Assembly (NCBI GenBank): GCA_014728035.1
Contig: WJMJ01000128.1
Coordinates: forward strand, 1 to 64,000
DNA: 64,000 nucleotides
From: Promethearchaeota archaeon
GTDB lineage: Archaea > Asgardarchaeota > Thorarchaeia > Thorarchaeales > Thorarchaeaceae
Reading direction: 5' to 3'
Part shown: positions 29,429 to 39,968 of the stretch, one piece after another
Position numbering within the stretch: the first letter of the stretch is position 1
Layout: every line of letters begins with the position of its first letter
Notes under the pieces: model-generated
Databases searched by the model: none
Told to the model about the DNA's origin: nothing
The model's input: the letters and a program-made list of their open reading frames with translations, nothing else
Translations under genes and position numbers: made by a program

Positions 29429-30799
29429 TTAGAAACGTTTCCTCACAAAAACTATCAAGATAAATACACATATTGCCGATACTATCGAAGAAACAGCGAT
29501 GCGCATCAAATCCAACGCATTGAACGGGCTATCAGAATAATACATCTGATTTATGATGAGAATAGATTCATTTCTGTATGGATTCTCATGTGGTCTGGAA
29601 TCACTAATTCCTGTAGTACCTGCAAGCTGATACGGAACATCCACAACTTGATTGTTATCGATGTCGGGCTCTGTGTGGTCGGAATAGAAGTTATCTACAA
29701 ATACGGTACTTATTCCATTATCATTAGCTTGAGGTGATATTCCATTATGAACAAAATCATTCTGCAGAACGGTGTTGTTGGTACAGCTTGGTTCGATTAT
29801 CACTCCATAACTTTCACTTAGAGCAAATATGTTCCAAGATATTCTGTTTCTTGAAGTAGATTGATTTTCTAGCGACGATGATTGTAGACGAAGCCCTTCA
29901 TTAGAACAGTTCATTAGAATATTTCCATGAATTGTACAGTCTGATGCCAAAATCCACAACCCCCGATTACAGTTCTCCATGAGGTTAAAACTAAAAACAC
30001 ATTGTGCTGCCTGAGAACCTAGAGCTTCTCTATTTGACATGATTATTCCAGTCTGCCGAACTGATTGGATGTGATTTCGTATTACGGAAACATATACCGA
30101 TTCTAAGATGTGAATACCTACAGATCTAAGGTCACTAATCGTATTATTATCCAATACCAACCTGTTCTCTTCAGTCCCATGAGATGATGAAATGATGATG
30201 CCAGCACCTATGCAATCATAAATTGAATTTTCAGTCACCACGATTGGACCAGAACAATTAGCTATCTGTATTGCGGAATATTCATCGGTCACAATATTTT
30301 CATTGATAGAAAAATTTGAACAGTTATAGATAACAATTCCATTCGTACCGTTCAATATGGTGTTTCGTTCAATAATGAAGTTCGTGCTATTTGAAATTTG
30401 GATTGCAGCCCATTGCGATGAATAGGTATTCAGGTAATTGTCTAAGATATGAAAATGCAATCTAATGTTCTGGATACGAATCAGCCAACTTATTCCTTCT
30501 ATAGAATACCGTTGGATTAGTATTGGATTCTCAATCGTTCCTGTTCCACTCCACTCATTTTCAGTTGCAATAGAAAGAAAATTCTCATCACTATCAATAT
30601 GAATGGGATGCCTGTTTTCATAGAATGCTGCGTTTTCAATTGAAGATACATTCAAATCCTGTTGGTTTTTTGTGAGAACTGGTATTGTTAATAGACTGAA
30701 TAGAAGAAGAATGGTTAGCAACGATTGAAAAAGGTTGTATCGCATTACGAACATCAAGCTAGATAGATGTGGTTTCAGAATTAATAGATTTACATCCAA
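29429..30799 (-). CDS. NosD-like beta-helix surface protein
   Basis: WSGTGTIENPILI, coils, NFYSDH..PDIDNN.VVD.PY, C-terminal TM. Confidence 0.85.
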   Translation of the reverse strand: MDVNLLILKPHLSSLMFVMRYNLFQSLLTILLLFSLLTIPVLTKNQQDLNVSSIENAAFYENRHPIHIDSDENFLSIATENEWSGTGTIENPILIQRYSIEGISWLIRIQNIRLHFHILDNYLNTYSSQWAAIQISNSTNFIIERNTILNGTNGIVIYNCSNFSINENIVTDEYSAIQIANCSGPIVVTENSIYDCIGAGIIISSSHGTEENRLVLDNNTISDLRSVGIHILESVYVSVIRNHIQSVRQTGIIMSNREALGSQAAQCVFSFNLMENCNRGLWILASDCTIHGNILMNCSNEGLRLQSSSLENQSTSRNRISWNIFALSESYGVIIEPSCTNNTVLQNDFVHNGISPQANDNGISTVFVDNFYSDHTEPDIDNNQVVDVPYQLAGTTGISDSRPHENPYRNESILIINQMYYSDSPFNALDLMRIAVSSIVSAICVFILIVFVRKRF

Positions 30800-30928
30800 G
30801 CATCAAAGTAAGAGTAATGCTGGAATATCTGGCATTTCATAATAATCTGCAAAATTGATTTATACTTCAAATTTTAACCTGTAACCTGGGAAACAAAATA
30901 GGTATCATTTGAAATCTGGGAGATCATT

Positions 30929-33673
30929 ATGGAAACAGAATCTTTCGAGATCATCAGTTGCGATATAGAAGAGAATGAAGTAGAAATAATGGGCATCCCA
31001 ATTTCAAACATATATTTTTCTAATGAATCTCTTGAAGAGAATACCTACTACTCTTTTGTTGGTGAAAAATTACCCCAAGTAGTTATGAAAGGTGTGAAAA
31101 TTAATAAAGGCCAAAATAGTAGTTTCAAGCTTGATCAAATAGGTGTATCAAAAGATATAGCGAGTCTTCTAGGTGGTAGAAAAAAAGCCAGTCTTTCATA
31201 TTGTGGAATGTCATATTGGGGAATTAGCTTACTAGCTGATGATAGATTTTCTGCAAATGAATCTATTTACTGTGATGAAGAATATCTCTATCTTGTTGAC
31301 AACGTGTTTATTGAAATATTTGACAAGAAAACTTTACATAGACTATCTACCATAAATATTGGAAGAAGGAAGATTCGTGTAATCAACACATCTAATGAGA
31401 AGTTATTTGTTATTGTTAACGAGTATATCTATGTATTTTCAAGACACAATTGGCGTCTTCTAAAGGGTAGACAATATACAGCAAAAGAACCGAAAGAAAT
31501 ACTTCCGGTTTTCAGAAAAAATAATTTCTTCGTGTTTGAAAAAGCAATTATTCGTATTGAAACTGATACTTATACGGAGAAAAAATACCTTGGAGGCACA
31601 AGGTCAACAGGAGCTATCACAGTTGATGATTCACACCTTTATCAAAGCGGATACAACGGTATAATGAAGATTTGGAAACTTAATCAGGATAGACCATTTA
31701 CTGAATTACGGGGGCATAAGGCTGAATATCTATTGAATGATGAAATCTATATCTATTCTTTCAAAGAAAATAAAATCAATATATGGAGCAAAGGAAGAAA
31801 AGAACTAAGAGTAAAAGGTTTAGTAGGTTCAATTTCTGCTCCACCTGCACAGTCAAAGAGATTTTTATTTGTCCCGATTGGTCAAATAATGTTGGTATTG
31901 GAAAAAACAACTTGGGAAAGTGTAACTATAGAAACTGGCAAGGTCAAATCAGTTTGTGCTGACAATGACAGAATATACGTACTAAGCGAGGATGAACTAA
32001 AGATATATCAAGAAGACACACACAAACTCATCTCAAGACTTGAACGATCGGACCAGAAACTCAGAAAAAATGAAAGAGGGGGTTATTGGGGTGTGCTGAA
32101 CGATAAGGTATATGCTGACATCTTTGAGGGGATGGAAATGCATACCTATAGATGGGACATTGGTGACTGGGAGCCGAAAGTTGTCCATAGAGATGAATTC
32201 AAATTTTCCGACAGGTCAAAATCATCCCATGTGAGTCAGATTGGATCTCATATCGTCTTTATTTCCGACAAGAAGAATACTGCAGATATAGTAGGAAAGA
32301 TGCTTGATACCTTGCAATTCGAAATGCCAATGGTGATAAAAAGCTCTGTTACACGGATAATTGAACCTGTTCTCTTGCAGACTAAAACAGATTTGTTTCA
32401 TTTAGAATTGATACAAATGACAAGTGACCTTGAAATACCTAGGGATTTCAAAATTAGAAGTCTAGATTTCTCTAGTGAGTCTACAATGGAAAAAGAGGAA
32501 AGAACTGAAGAACCAGTCGTTCCCGAGCTTATCCCCTCCAGTGACGAAATTAAGGAAGCGATAGATGAAATCGAATCCCACGGAGTTGTTGTGAAACGAG
32601 GCTATGTTAGTGAAGGTGGTAGTATAAAATACAAGGTCAAGATCGAAAATCATACTAAATATGTCATTAATAATGTTACAATCAATATTCTGGGATATCC
32701 AAATGATACGCTGAAACTAGTCAGTTCAAAAGAGAGAATCGTTCAACGTATTGAACCAAATGGCGCATTCAGATCTCTGCAATTCATATTTCAACCAACT
32801 CAAGATTGTGTTGAAGGAGAGATACTTGCTACAGTATCCTATATAGACCACCAGAATGAGATTGTAACTATCAAAGTTGCACCTCAAGTCATACGATCGA
32901 TATGCGATATGTTGGAACCAATTGAGATGCGATTAGATGAGGTCATGGAATGTATTGATACAATGGATTCTGGACTTGAAGAACATCCTTTGCCATGGAA
33001 TGCTGCTGTTACTTTTTCAATGCTGTCAAGATTAGTTGCACTAAAGAATATCCAAGTTACTAGTAGCGAGTCTCGGGAGGTTGGTAAGCAGTTTATTGGT
33101 ACAATTCGAGGTATGGCTAAAGGAAAATATACGGATAAGCGAATAGCTCTTGAAATCGTCATAGTTGGCAATATTGCAGACCCAAAATGTATGATGAGTT
33201 TGAAGATCTGTAGTGATGAGGAAGATATGATTCCGGTGTTAATCACGGAAATCATGAAAGAGATTAGAAATCTGAGACTTTCCATAGACAAGGTTGTTAC
33301 TGATATGGACCAACTCCTAATGAATGCAGGAGAATCTTTGGAATCAAGTAAAATCATTCTTGCAAGTATCCAAGAACTTGAATCAAAACAAGATACTAAT
33401 TCATTATTAGCCAAGAAGATATTGGACTTGATAACGCGAAAATATGAGGAAATACTGACAAAGGAGGTTAATGAGGAAGCTGCAATTAATGAAACTCTTG
33501 ATTTAGTAAAAATGATGTCCGAAAAAGTCCTAGAAAAGAAGTCCATTCGGGATCGTCTTATGTCGGGATTAAGAAAAGTTGCCAGTGAAAAAATTGAGAA
33601 GTCAGCAGCACAAGTCCTCTGTGGAATTGCAAAAACAGCTTTGTTGGTACTAACAGGAATTCCGATACCATAA
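30929..33673 (+). CDS. Beta-propeller, Ig-like/appendage-platform and coiled-coil multidomain protein
   Basis: WD-like repeats (GIMKIW..ELRGH, KINIWS); KYKVKIEN...FIFQPTQDCVEGEI sandwich followed by an alpha/beta region; helical C-terminus. Confidence 0.6.
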   Translation: METESFEIISCDIEENEVEIMGIPISNIYFSNESLEENTYYSFVGEKLPQVVMKGVKINKGQNSSFKLDQIGVSKDIASLLGGRKKASLSYCGMSYWGISLLADDRFSANESIYCDEEYLYLVDNVFIEIFDKKTLHRLSTINIGRRKIRVINTSNEKLFVIVNEYIYVFSRHNWRLLKGRQYTAKEPKEILPVFRKNNFFVFEKAIIRIETDTYTEKKYLGGTRSTGAITVDDSHLYQSGYNGIMKIWKLNQDRPFTELRGHKAEYLLNDEIYIYSFKENKINIWSKGRKELRVKGLVGSISAPPAQSKRFLFVPIGQIMLVLEKTTWESVTIETGKVKSVCADNDRIYVLSEDELKIYQEDTHKLISRLERSDQKLRKNERGGYWGVLNDKVYADIFEGMEMHTYRWDIGDWEPKVVHRDEFKFSDRSKSSHVSQIGSHIVFISDKKNTADIVGKMLDTLQFEMPMVIKSSVTRIIEPVLLQTKTDLFHLELIQMTSDLEIPRDFKIRSLDFSSESTMEKEERTEEPVVPELIPSSDEIKEAIDEIESHGVVVKRGYVSEGGSIKYKVKIENHTKYVINNVTINILGYPNDTLKLVSSKERIVQRIEPNGAFRSLQFIFQPTQDCVEGEILATVSYIDHQNEIVTIKVAPQVIRSICDMLEPIEMRLDEVMECIDTMDSGLEEHPLPWNAAVTFSMLSRLVALKNIQVTSSESREVGKQFIGTIRGMAKGKYTDKRIALEIVIVGNIADPKCMMSLKICSDEEDMIPVLITEIMKEIRNLRLSIDKVVTDMDQLLMNAGESLESSKIILASIQELESKQDTNSLLAKKILDLITRKYEEILTKEVNEEAAINETLDLVKMMSEKVLEKKSIRDRLMSGLRKVASEKIEKSAAQVLCGIAKTALLVLTGIPIP

Positions 33674-33717
33674 CATTCGGAGTGAGATGCTCAAGAATGA
33701 ATGCCAGCTGCAGATAG

Positions 33718-34308
33718 TTAGTCTTCAGTTTCTTCCAATGGGTCTATTATTTCGACATATAACTCATTGAGCTCAAAAAAGATCTCATAATACTCAGGGC
33801 TTCTAATTTTAATGAAAAGTGCATCATCAAGTCGGTCGACATCTACAAATTTGAGTTTTCTTTCTAATGTCCGAGGATAATATCCGTAGAGCAATGAAAT
33901 AACCATCAGAAGGAATATCACTAGTAATGGAAAAAGAGGAGGAAGAATAGGGCGGTCGTTGTAGTATGCACTCAAAACACCCAGAAGAAAATAGATTCCA
34001 GGATACCAAAGAATTAGAAAAGCAATCCATGCCTTGATTATTTTTCCAGTTGTTCTAACAGCTTTGCTTCCGTGACGCATACATGTTGGGACCCAAATCA
34101 CAGTTGCTCCTTTCTTCGCGTGTAGTAGTGATTCCGTCTTATCTGCACTACCACTAAATGTTGTAGACGCAAGTTGTTTGTCCTCACTGCTCCAAACTTG
34201 CATTGATACCAAATCTTCAGCTTCAGCAAGACAGACTGGACATATCTCTGGAAAGACTACTTTAGATAGCTTAACCTTCAATAGGGGATTTCCATTTTTC
34301 TTGCTCAC
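33718..34308 (-). CDS. Two-TM membrane protein with Cys/His metal-binding motif
   Basis: FPEICPVC...VPTCMRH; two hydrophobic helices. Confidence 0.7.
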   Translation of the reverse strand: MSKKNGNPLLKVKLSKVVFPEICPVCLAEAEDLVSMQVWSSEDKQLASTTFSGSADKTESLLHAKKGATVIWVPTCMRHGSKAVRTTGKIIKAWIAFLILWYPGIYFLLGVLSAYYNDRPILPPLFPLLVIFLLMVISLLYGYYPRTLERKLKFVDVDRLDDALFIKIRSPEYYEIFFELNELYVEIIDPLEETED

Positions 34309-34327
34309 AGTTGATATTCACACCTTT

Positions 34328-34723
34328 CTATTTTTCAGCAGATTCTCCATCAGGAGGCATAACTAAAATCTGAACACTAGTCTGAGGTCGCTCCGTTTCA
34401 GGTTCATATGCGTCAAACGTGTCGAATGTCATTTGATATCGAAAACGTTTCTCCATCTTCTTGATTTCATGGGCAATTCTGACAGAGAGGCCAATTCCTT
34501 TGAAACCATATCCTCGAATGGCAACCATTTTGTTTCCATTCTTGACCAAATCATAAGCAGTGTTTGCAACTTTATAGACATCAATTCTCCCAGCAACATT
34601 AGAAATTTCTAATAGAATATAATCACTGGTGGGAAAGACTCCAACATCTTTTTCCATGGTTGCTGCAATCAGAGAGTCGTCGGTAATTCTTAGCTGTTCG
34701 GGAATTCGGTCTCGGAGAGTCAT
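34328..34723 (-). CDS. Divergent Alba-fold nucleic-acid-binding protein (start revised to MTLRDR)
   Basis: VAIRGYGFKGIGLSVRIAHEIKK and TFDT...TSVQILV parallel the Alba KARGxAIxxAVDVAE and STIEI motifs. Confidence 0.55.
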   Translation of the reverse strand: MTLRDRIPEQLRITDDSLIAATMEKDVGVFPTSDYILLEISNVAGRIDVYKVANTAYDLVKNGNKMVAIRGYGFKGIGLSVRIAHEIKKMEKRFRYQMTFDTFDAYEPETERPQTSVQILVMPPDGESAEK

Positions 34724-34829
34724 AATTAATACCTTGAGAAAAGGACTAATCAATGTGTTGTCCAACGTACACAGGTCAAACACTATATGGTACAAATACA
34801 AATTAGTTACGCTAAAGGAGTAGAGCGCG

Positions 34830-35810
34830 ATGGAGAAGAATAAGACTGCTGCAATAGCAATCACTGCTATTGTGATTTCGTCATTAGTACTTGTTGCTGT
34901 TTGGTATCCTACAACTGTCCCAGATGTGAGAATCGGATACTTATCTCAAGACCTGCATCAACTAGCTCTGAGGGTAGCTGTTGTCAAGGGCTGGTTTGCC
35001 GAAGAAGGACTAGAAGTAGAATTAGTGCAATATGGAAATGGAGCCCATGAGATGGACGGGTTTAACGGTGGGCAAATAGATATGGGATATCTAGGAGCTG
35101 CTCCAGCAATCACAAAACGCATCAACCAAGAGGTCTTGATTACCATCCTGGCTGCTGTGAATCTCGAGGGTTCAGCAATAATGGGCTTGAAATCAGAATA
35201 TGATGCTGGTAGAGTGACCACTATCGCAGATCTGGAGGGAAAAACAGTTTATCAACCAGGACCTTCAACTGTTCAAAATTTCCTTCTTCGCCTTGCATTG
35301 AATCAATCAGGACTCTCTTTTGAAGACATTATACCCGGAACCACATCCCCGGCGTATATGGCGGATTCACTTACCCCAGAAGCACCTGCCTTTGTAGTCT
35401 GGGAGCCATTCAATGCTCGAGCAGAATATGAAGGGAAAGCAGTTCCATTAGCAAAATCAGGTGAGATCTGGCCAGAGCATCCTTGTTGTGTAGTAGCATC
35501 GACTAACACATTTCTCTCAGACCATCCAGATATCGTACAAAAGGTCATTGATATTCACAAGCGAGCTGAAGATTGGATTAACACCAACCCGGAAGATGCA
35601 ATTCAGATAGCGATGGATTGGCTAATGATGGATGAAACACCAGTTTCAAACGCGTTCGACAACATCATTTTCGATTACAATCTGAATATGACGGGCCTTG
35701 AAAGATATCTTAGCTTTCTTATTGATGAAGAACAGGTCAGTATGGATCAAAGCGATATTGGAACTTTCTTTGATTCTTTTGTCAATACAACTTTTATTGA
35801 GAGCATCTGA
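34830..35810 (+). CDS. NitT/TauT-family ABC transporter substrate-binding protein
   Basis: N-terminal anchor, VRIGYL..DLHQL, IDMGYLGAAP, WEPF, WPEHPCC. Confidence 0.9.
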   Translation: MEKNKTAAIAITAIVISSLVLVAVWYPTTVPDVRIGYLSQDLHQLALRVAVVKGWFAEEGLEVELVQYGNGAHEMDGFNGGQIDMGYLGAAPAITKRINQEVLITILAAVNLEGSAIMGLKSEYDAGRVTTIADLEGKTVYQPGPSTVQNFLLRLALNQSGLSFEDIIPGTTSPAYMADSLTPEAPAFVVWEPFNARAEYEGKAVPLAKSGEIWPEHPCCVVASTNTFLSDHPDIVQKVIDIHKRAEDWINTNPEDAIQIAMDWLMMDETPVSNAFDNIIFDYNLNMTGLERYLSFLIDEEQVSMDQSDIGTFFDSFVNTTFIESI

Positions 35811-35851
35811 GTAAAACGGCAGATTCAAAGGAACGATACTGCGCTAACAAC

Positions 35852-36694
35852 TTGAGAAAAATGAAGTCCCAACAGGATACTACAAGTGTTAGCCAGTCAG
35901 TTCCTCAAAAAGGGAAAGATATCCGAAAAAGAAGAGGAATCAACTTATTTCTGAAGATAATTCTACCCATTACAATTCTGGTTGGCCTCTGGCAACTTGT
36001 AGCCATACTTTCTGGAACTTCAATAGTAGAAGTGGTGGAGGCATTTGTAAGATTATCCATTGAAGGAGATAGTGAGGGACACCTCCTGATTGATCATGTA
36101 CGAATGAGTCTCTTTCGCGTGGTTCTGGGATTCCTAACCGCAATTATTACTGCAATACCAATTGGAATTGCTATTGGAAGATATCAATTGATAAACGATA
36201 TTTTTGGTCCAGTCGTGGATGCAATGAGACCGATTCCTCCCATTGCATGGATACCACTATCAATACTCATGTTCCGTGCAAATCTTATTGGCTCTCAAGT
36301 TTTCATCATCTGGATAGGAGCATTCTTTCCAATCTTGATTAACACAACCACGGGAGTAAGAAGAACTGAACCAGTTCACGTAGATGTTGCCAAGACATTC
36401 GGAGCATCTGAAACACAAATACTATCAAAAATTGTAATTCCCTCAGCAGGACCTGAAATATTCGCTGGATTCCGAATAGGATTTGGAATAGGCTGGATGT
36501 GTCTAGTTGCATCAGAAATGATAGGTGGAGGTCTCGGTCTTGGATATCTCGTACTCATCATGCAACAAGTAGGAAGAACTGGAGAGGTGATTTCGGCAAT
36601 GTTGCTAATAGGACTCATTGGGTTTCTAATTAGTTACGTCTTTCTCATAATCGAGAAAAACCTGCTCAAATGGAGGCAGGATGTTTCTGTGTAG
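35852..36694 (+). CDS. NitT/TauT-family ABC permease
   Basis: SLFRV, RPIPPIAWIP, FFPILINT, AKTFGAS, GWMCLVASEM. Confidence 0.92.
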   Translation: MRKMKSQQDTTSVSQSVPQKGKDIRKRRGINLFLKIILPITILVGLWQLVAILSGTSIVEVVEAFVRLSIEGDSEGHLLIDHVRMSLFRVVLGFLTAIITAIPIGIAIGRYQLINDIFGPVVDAMRPIPPIAWIPLSILMFRANLIGSQVFIIWIGAFFPILINTTTGVRRTEPVHVDVAKTFGASETQILSKIVIPSAGPEIFAGFRIGFGIGWMCLVASEMIGGGLGLGYLVLIMQQVGRTGEVISAMLLIGLIGFLISYVFLIIEKNLLKWRQDVSV

Positions 36695-37475
36695 GACGTT
36701 CCTCCAACATCTTTTCTCGTTCTTCTCGTAAGACCTCAAGAATTTTGGAACGATAAGTAAGACATTCTGCAGATGTCCGATCACGAGGCTTAGGAATATC
36801 AATAGTATATTCTGCAATGATTTTCGCAGGGATATTGCTCATGATAATAATGCGATCTGACAAAAACACGGTCTCATCTACATTATGAGAAACAAAGAGA
36901 ACAGTAGAATTAGTACGTTCTCGAATTCGCAACAACTCTTCCTGTAGAAAGTTTCTAGTTTGAGCATCTAAGTTTGACAAGGGTTCATCAGCAACTAAAA
37001 TGTCGGGAGATGTGATCAAGCTTCGAGCCATTTCGGTCTTTCGGGCTTGTCCACCAGAAATCTCGTGGGGGAGATTGTCTTGATATTCTGTCATGCCGAT
37101 TAGTTCCAACATCGAATCGGAAAGTTTACTTCTTTTTTCGGGGGTTATTCCCTGCAATTCAAGACCGAACTCGATATTTCCACGTACCGTTCGCCACGGG
37201 AAGAGAGATTCTTGCTGAAAAATGAAGCCGATTCGATTATGACCCAGACTGACCTTAGTTCCATCAATTAGAATTTCACCCTTTGAAAAACGTAAAAGTC
37301 CAGCAATAATCCGTAACAAGGTGGTCTTACCACACCCACTTGGTCCGAGAATACTTACGAACTCACCCTCAGCAATTTCAAAACTTATTGAATCAAGAAC
37401 CTTAACCAATTCACCATCATCAGCTTCAAAGGTCTTTGAAAGATTTCGAATTGCAAGTTTTGACAGTGCTTTCAC
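36666..37475 (-). CDS. NitT/TauT-family ABC ATP-binding protein
   Basis: GPSGCGKTT, FQQESLFPWRTV, ISGGQ, ADEP, VSHNVDE. Confidence 0.92.
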   Translation of the reverse strand: MKALSKLAIRNLSKTFEADDGELVKVLDSISFEIAEGEFVSILGPSGCGKTTLLRIIAGLLRFSKGEILIDGTKVSLGHNRIGFIFQQESLFPWRTVRGNIEFGLELQGITPEKRSKLSDSMLELIGMTEYQDNLPHEISGGQARKTEMARSLITSPDILVADEPLSNLDAQTRNFLQEELLRIRERTNSTVLFVSHNVDETVFLSDRIIIMSNIPAKIIAEYTIDIPKPRDRTSAECLTYRSKILEVLREEREKMLEERPTQKHPASI

Positions 37476-37650
37476 CTATCTAATACTGACTAAGGCTCAG
37501 TTAAATACTGTATTGTCCTAACAAAATTCAAGTTCCCTCAGAACAAAGTAGAAAAGGACTCCCTTCATTGAGAGAATAATTAATACTGCATATTGGTAAG
37601 AACATCAGGTCCAATTATTAGCAGATTGAGTATATGATTGAGGTATTGAA

Positions 37651-39966
37651 GTGACATCGCCCAAAATATTATCCGAAATTTCTGACGACTTAAGTACAAG
37701 CGCGATTGCAGTAGGAGATGTAACCGGTTCGGGTGAGCCGGAACTCTGTACTGGAGGACGTGATGGTGTATTACGTCTCTATAGCACAAATCATAGTTCG
37801 TATAAATTTCTAGCTCAACTGGACCTATCAGGAAGCATTCTATCTATCAAGATTGCAGATGCAAATAATGATGGACAAAACGAAATTGTGATTGGTAGAA
37901 GTGTAGGGATTGGAGAAACACCAGGAGCAACTGGAACAGTTCAGATATACAGATACGCTCCAAGCGGGCAATTTGAACTATTGGCAGAACATGCTATTGA
38001 TAGATTTGTTACCACTGTTGTAGTTACTGATGTCACAGGTGATGACAAAAACGAGATTGTTGCAGGAGGAAGTGATTCCACCCTCAGAGTTCTGAGAATG
38101 TCGCCTGAAAATCAATTATCTGAATATGCAAAATACCAACTTGATGACATGCCGATTGCCATTGGTACTTGCGATGTGATTGGTGACGAGATTGATGAGA
38201 TGGTCACTGGTAACCGTGATAAGACTCTGCGTGTATTCAAACTTCGAGAGGGTGTCATTGAGCAAATAGAAGTTCTTGAACTTCCCAGTCCAGTTATCTC
38301 AGTCACCTCAGGAGACATCCTGGGAGACCGAAAGATGGAACTTGGTGTTGTTACTCATGATGGCTCAATCAGAATTTACAGAAATGAAGAGAGTAAGCTT
38401 GACCTCTTCTCCACACTCGAGGATGTGAAAGCATTATCGATTAGAATGGAAGAGATAAATGCAGACCATATGGATGAGGTCATAATAGCTACTTCTGATA
38501 TGAAAATCAATTTTTACAATCTGTATATGGCAGATCTGAACCTTGTAGCATCTGTAGATATAGACTCGAAAATACTAGCTCTAAGTGTAGGAGATTCGAG
38601 AGGGGATGAGCGGAAAGAGGTGCTTGTAGGAGTATCAAATGGTCCATTGAAAATAATAGAGGGCCTCTACAAAGTTATTCCGAGTTTTGATATTCCACAT
38701 TCCGCAAAAATTGGTAGTCCAATTATTGCCAAAGCAACACTAGAGAATGTCACAGACCAACCAATGACAGGAATCGCTGGGAAGATATACTGGTTTCCAA
38801 AAGATCACATGGAAATTTCAAATCAACAATTGCGATTCGACCTTGAACCAGGTGAGAAGAAAACCGTTGAAGTGAAACTCCTTCCAAAGAAAGAAGGTAG
38901 TGTCATCATTCGACCAGTCGTTCTGATGTGGAAAGACGATCAAGAGAAAGTCAATCAAGTTACAACTCCAGAAACTGTTCTTCTGATAGAGAAAGGGGAT
39001 GGAGAAGCTTTCATGACATCACTTGAGGAAGAAAGTTCAGAACCTGTCGAGTCAGTAGATTCTACACGAACTGAAACAGCCACTAAATTCACACCTGCAG
39101 AAGGAACTGGATTTAGTTCGATTCCAGACTCTGAAATAGCACAGATTACTTCACAAAAGAGTAGTCCTCAAGATTCGCTCAAGGAAGCTGAAGCTCTTTT
39201 GGATCAGTTATTTGGTGGTGAATCAGACGCGAAAGCGGCATTAGAGGACGTAAAATCCATGATGGGGTCAGAAACAGCTACCGAATCTGTTTCTACAACA
39301 CCTGAAGATACCACGGAGCCAGAAGCCACGGAAGTTGAATCTGATCTGGTCACCGAAATTCGGACCCGAAAACCAAAACCAACACGCCCCAATGCTTCAG
39401 CCGATGCCTATTCATACCTATTCAAGACCATGGTTATTGGTGAGGGTGCTGTTGGAAAGACAACACTGGTAAACCGTTATGTAACTGGTGTATTCGAACG
39501 AGATTACAAGACAACCATAGGATCACAATTTGCTGTTAAGCTAACGCATATCTCACCACCATCCAGCGAATATGCAGTTGGTATCAAGATACAAGCATGG
39601 GACGTTGCAGGACAAGCTAGATTCAAAGCTGTTAGGAAGATGTACTATTCTGGAGCAGCAGGGGTTATTTTGGTTTTTGATGTCACAAGACGCAGATCTT
39701 TCAAAGAGTTGCATAAATGGATAGAAGAAGCTGATTCTTCAATTGGAACCCGTGTCCCAATGATATGTGTAGGAAACAAAATTGACCTTCCAGATAGAGC
39801 AGTCAGTTCAGAAGAAGCCAAAAAGTGGGCTGAGGACCAAGGATTCCTCTACATGGAAAGCTCAGCAAAGACTGGGGAAGGTGTTGCTGACATGTTCACA
39901 GTTCTAGCAGAATTGATGTGGCGTGAAGCAAAGAAGAATGCAGAGGCGAAAAAGAAGGGAATGTAG
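37651..39966 (+). CDS. FG-GAP beta-propeller, Ig-like domain, acidic linker and Rab-like GTPase fusion
   Basis: About 7 repeats of (G/A/T)Dx(x)GDxxxE(I/L)VxG..D..(L/I)R(V/I); C-terminal GEGAVGKT, TIGSQF, WDVAGQ, NKID, ESSAK. Confidence 0.85.
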   Translation: MTSPKILSEISDDLSTSAIAVGDVTGSGEPELCTGGRDGVLRLYSTNHSSYKFLAQLDLSGSILSIKIADANNDGQNEIVIGRSVGIGETPGATGTVQIYRYAPSGQFELLAEHAIDRFVTTVVVTDVTGDDKNEIVAGGSDSTLRVLRMSPENQLSEYAKYQLDDMPIAIGTCDVIGDEIDEMVTGNRDKTLRVFKLREGVIEQIEVLELPSPVISVTSGDILGDRKMELGVVTHDGSIRIYRNEESKLDLFSTLEDVKALSIRMEEINADHMDEVIIATSDMKINFYNLYMADLNLVASVDIDSKILALSVGDSRGDERKEVLVGVSNGPLKIIEGLYKVIPSFDIPHSAKIGSPIIAKATLENVTDQPMTGIAGKIYWFPKDHMEISNQQLRFDLEPGEKKTVEVKLLPKKEGSVIIRPVVLMWKDDQEKVNQVTTPETVLLIEKGDGEAFMTSLEEESSEPVESVDSTRTETATKFTPAEGTGFSSIPDSEIAQITSQKSSPQDSLKEAEALLDQLFGGESDAKAALEDVKSMMGSETATESVSTTPEDTTEPEATEVESDLVTEIRTRKPKPTRPNASADAYSYLFKTMVIGEGAVGKTTLVNRYVTGVFERDYKTTIGSQFAVKLTHISPPSSEYAVGIKIQAWDVAGQARFKAVRKMYYSGAAGVILVFDVTRRRSFKELHKWIEEADSSIGTRVPMICVGNKIDLPDRAVSSEEAKKWAEDQGFLYMESSAKTGEGVADMFTVLAELMWREAKKNAEAKKKGM

Positions 39967-39968
39967 GA

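Noticed and set aside
32884-33546. 220-aa antisense ORF
   Set aside because: Ser/Ile-rich shadow of the + strand gene.
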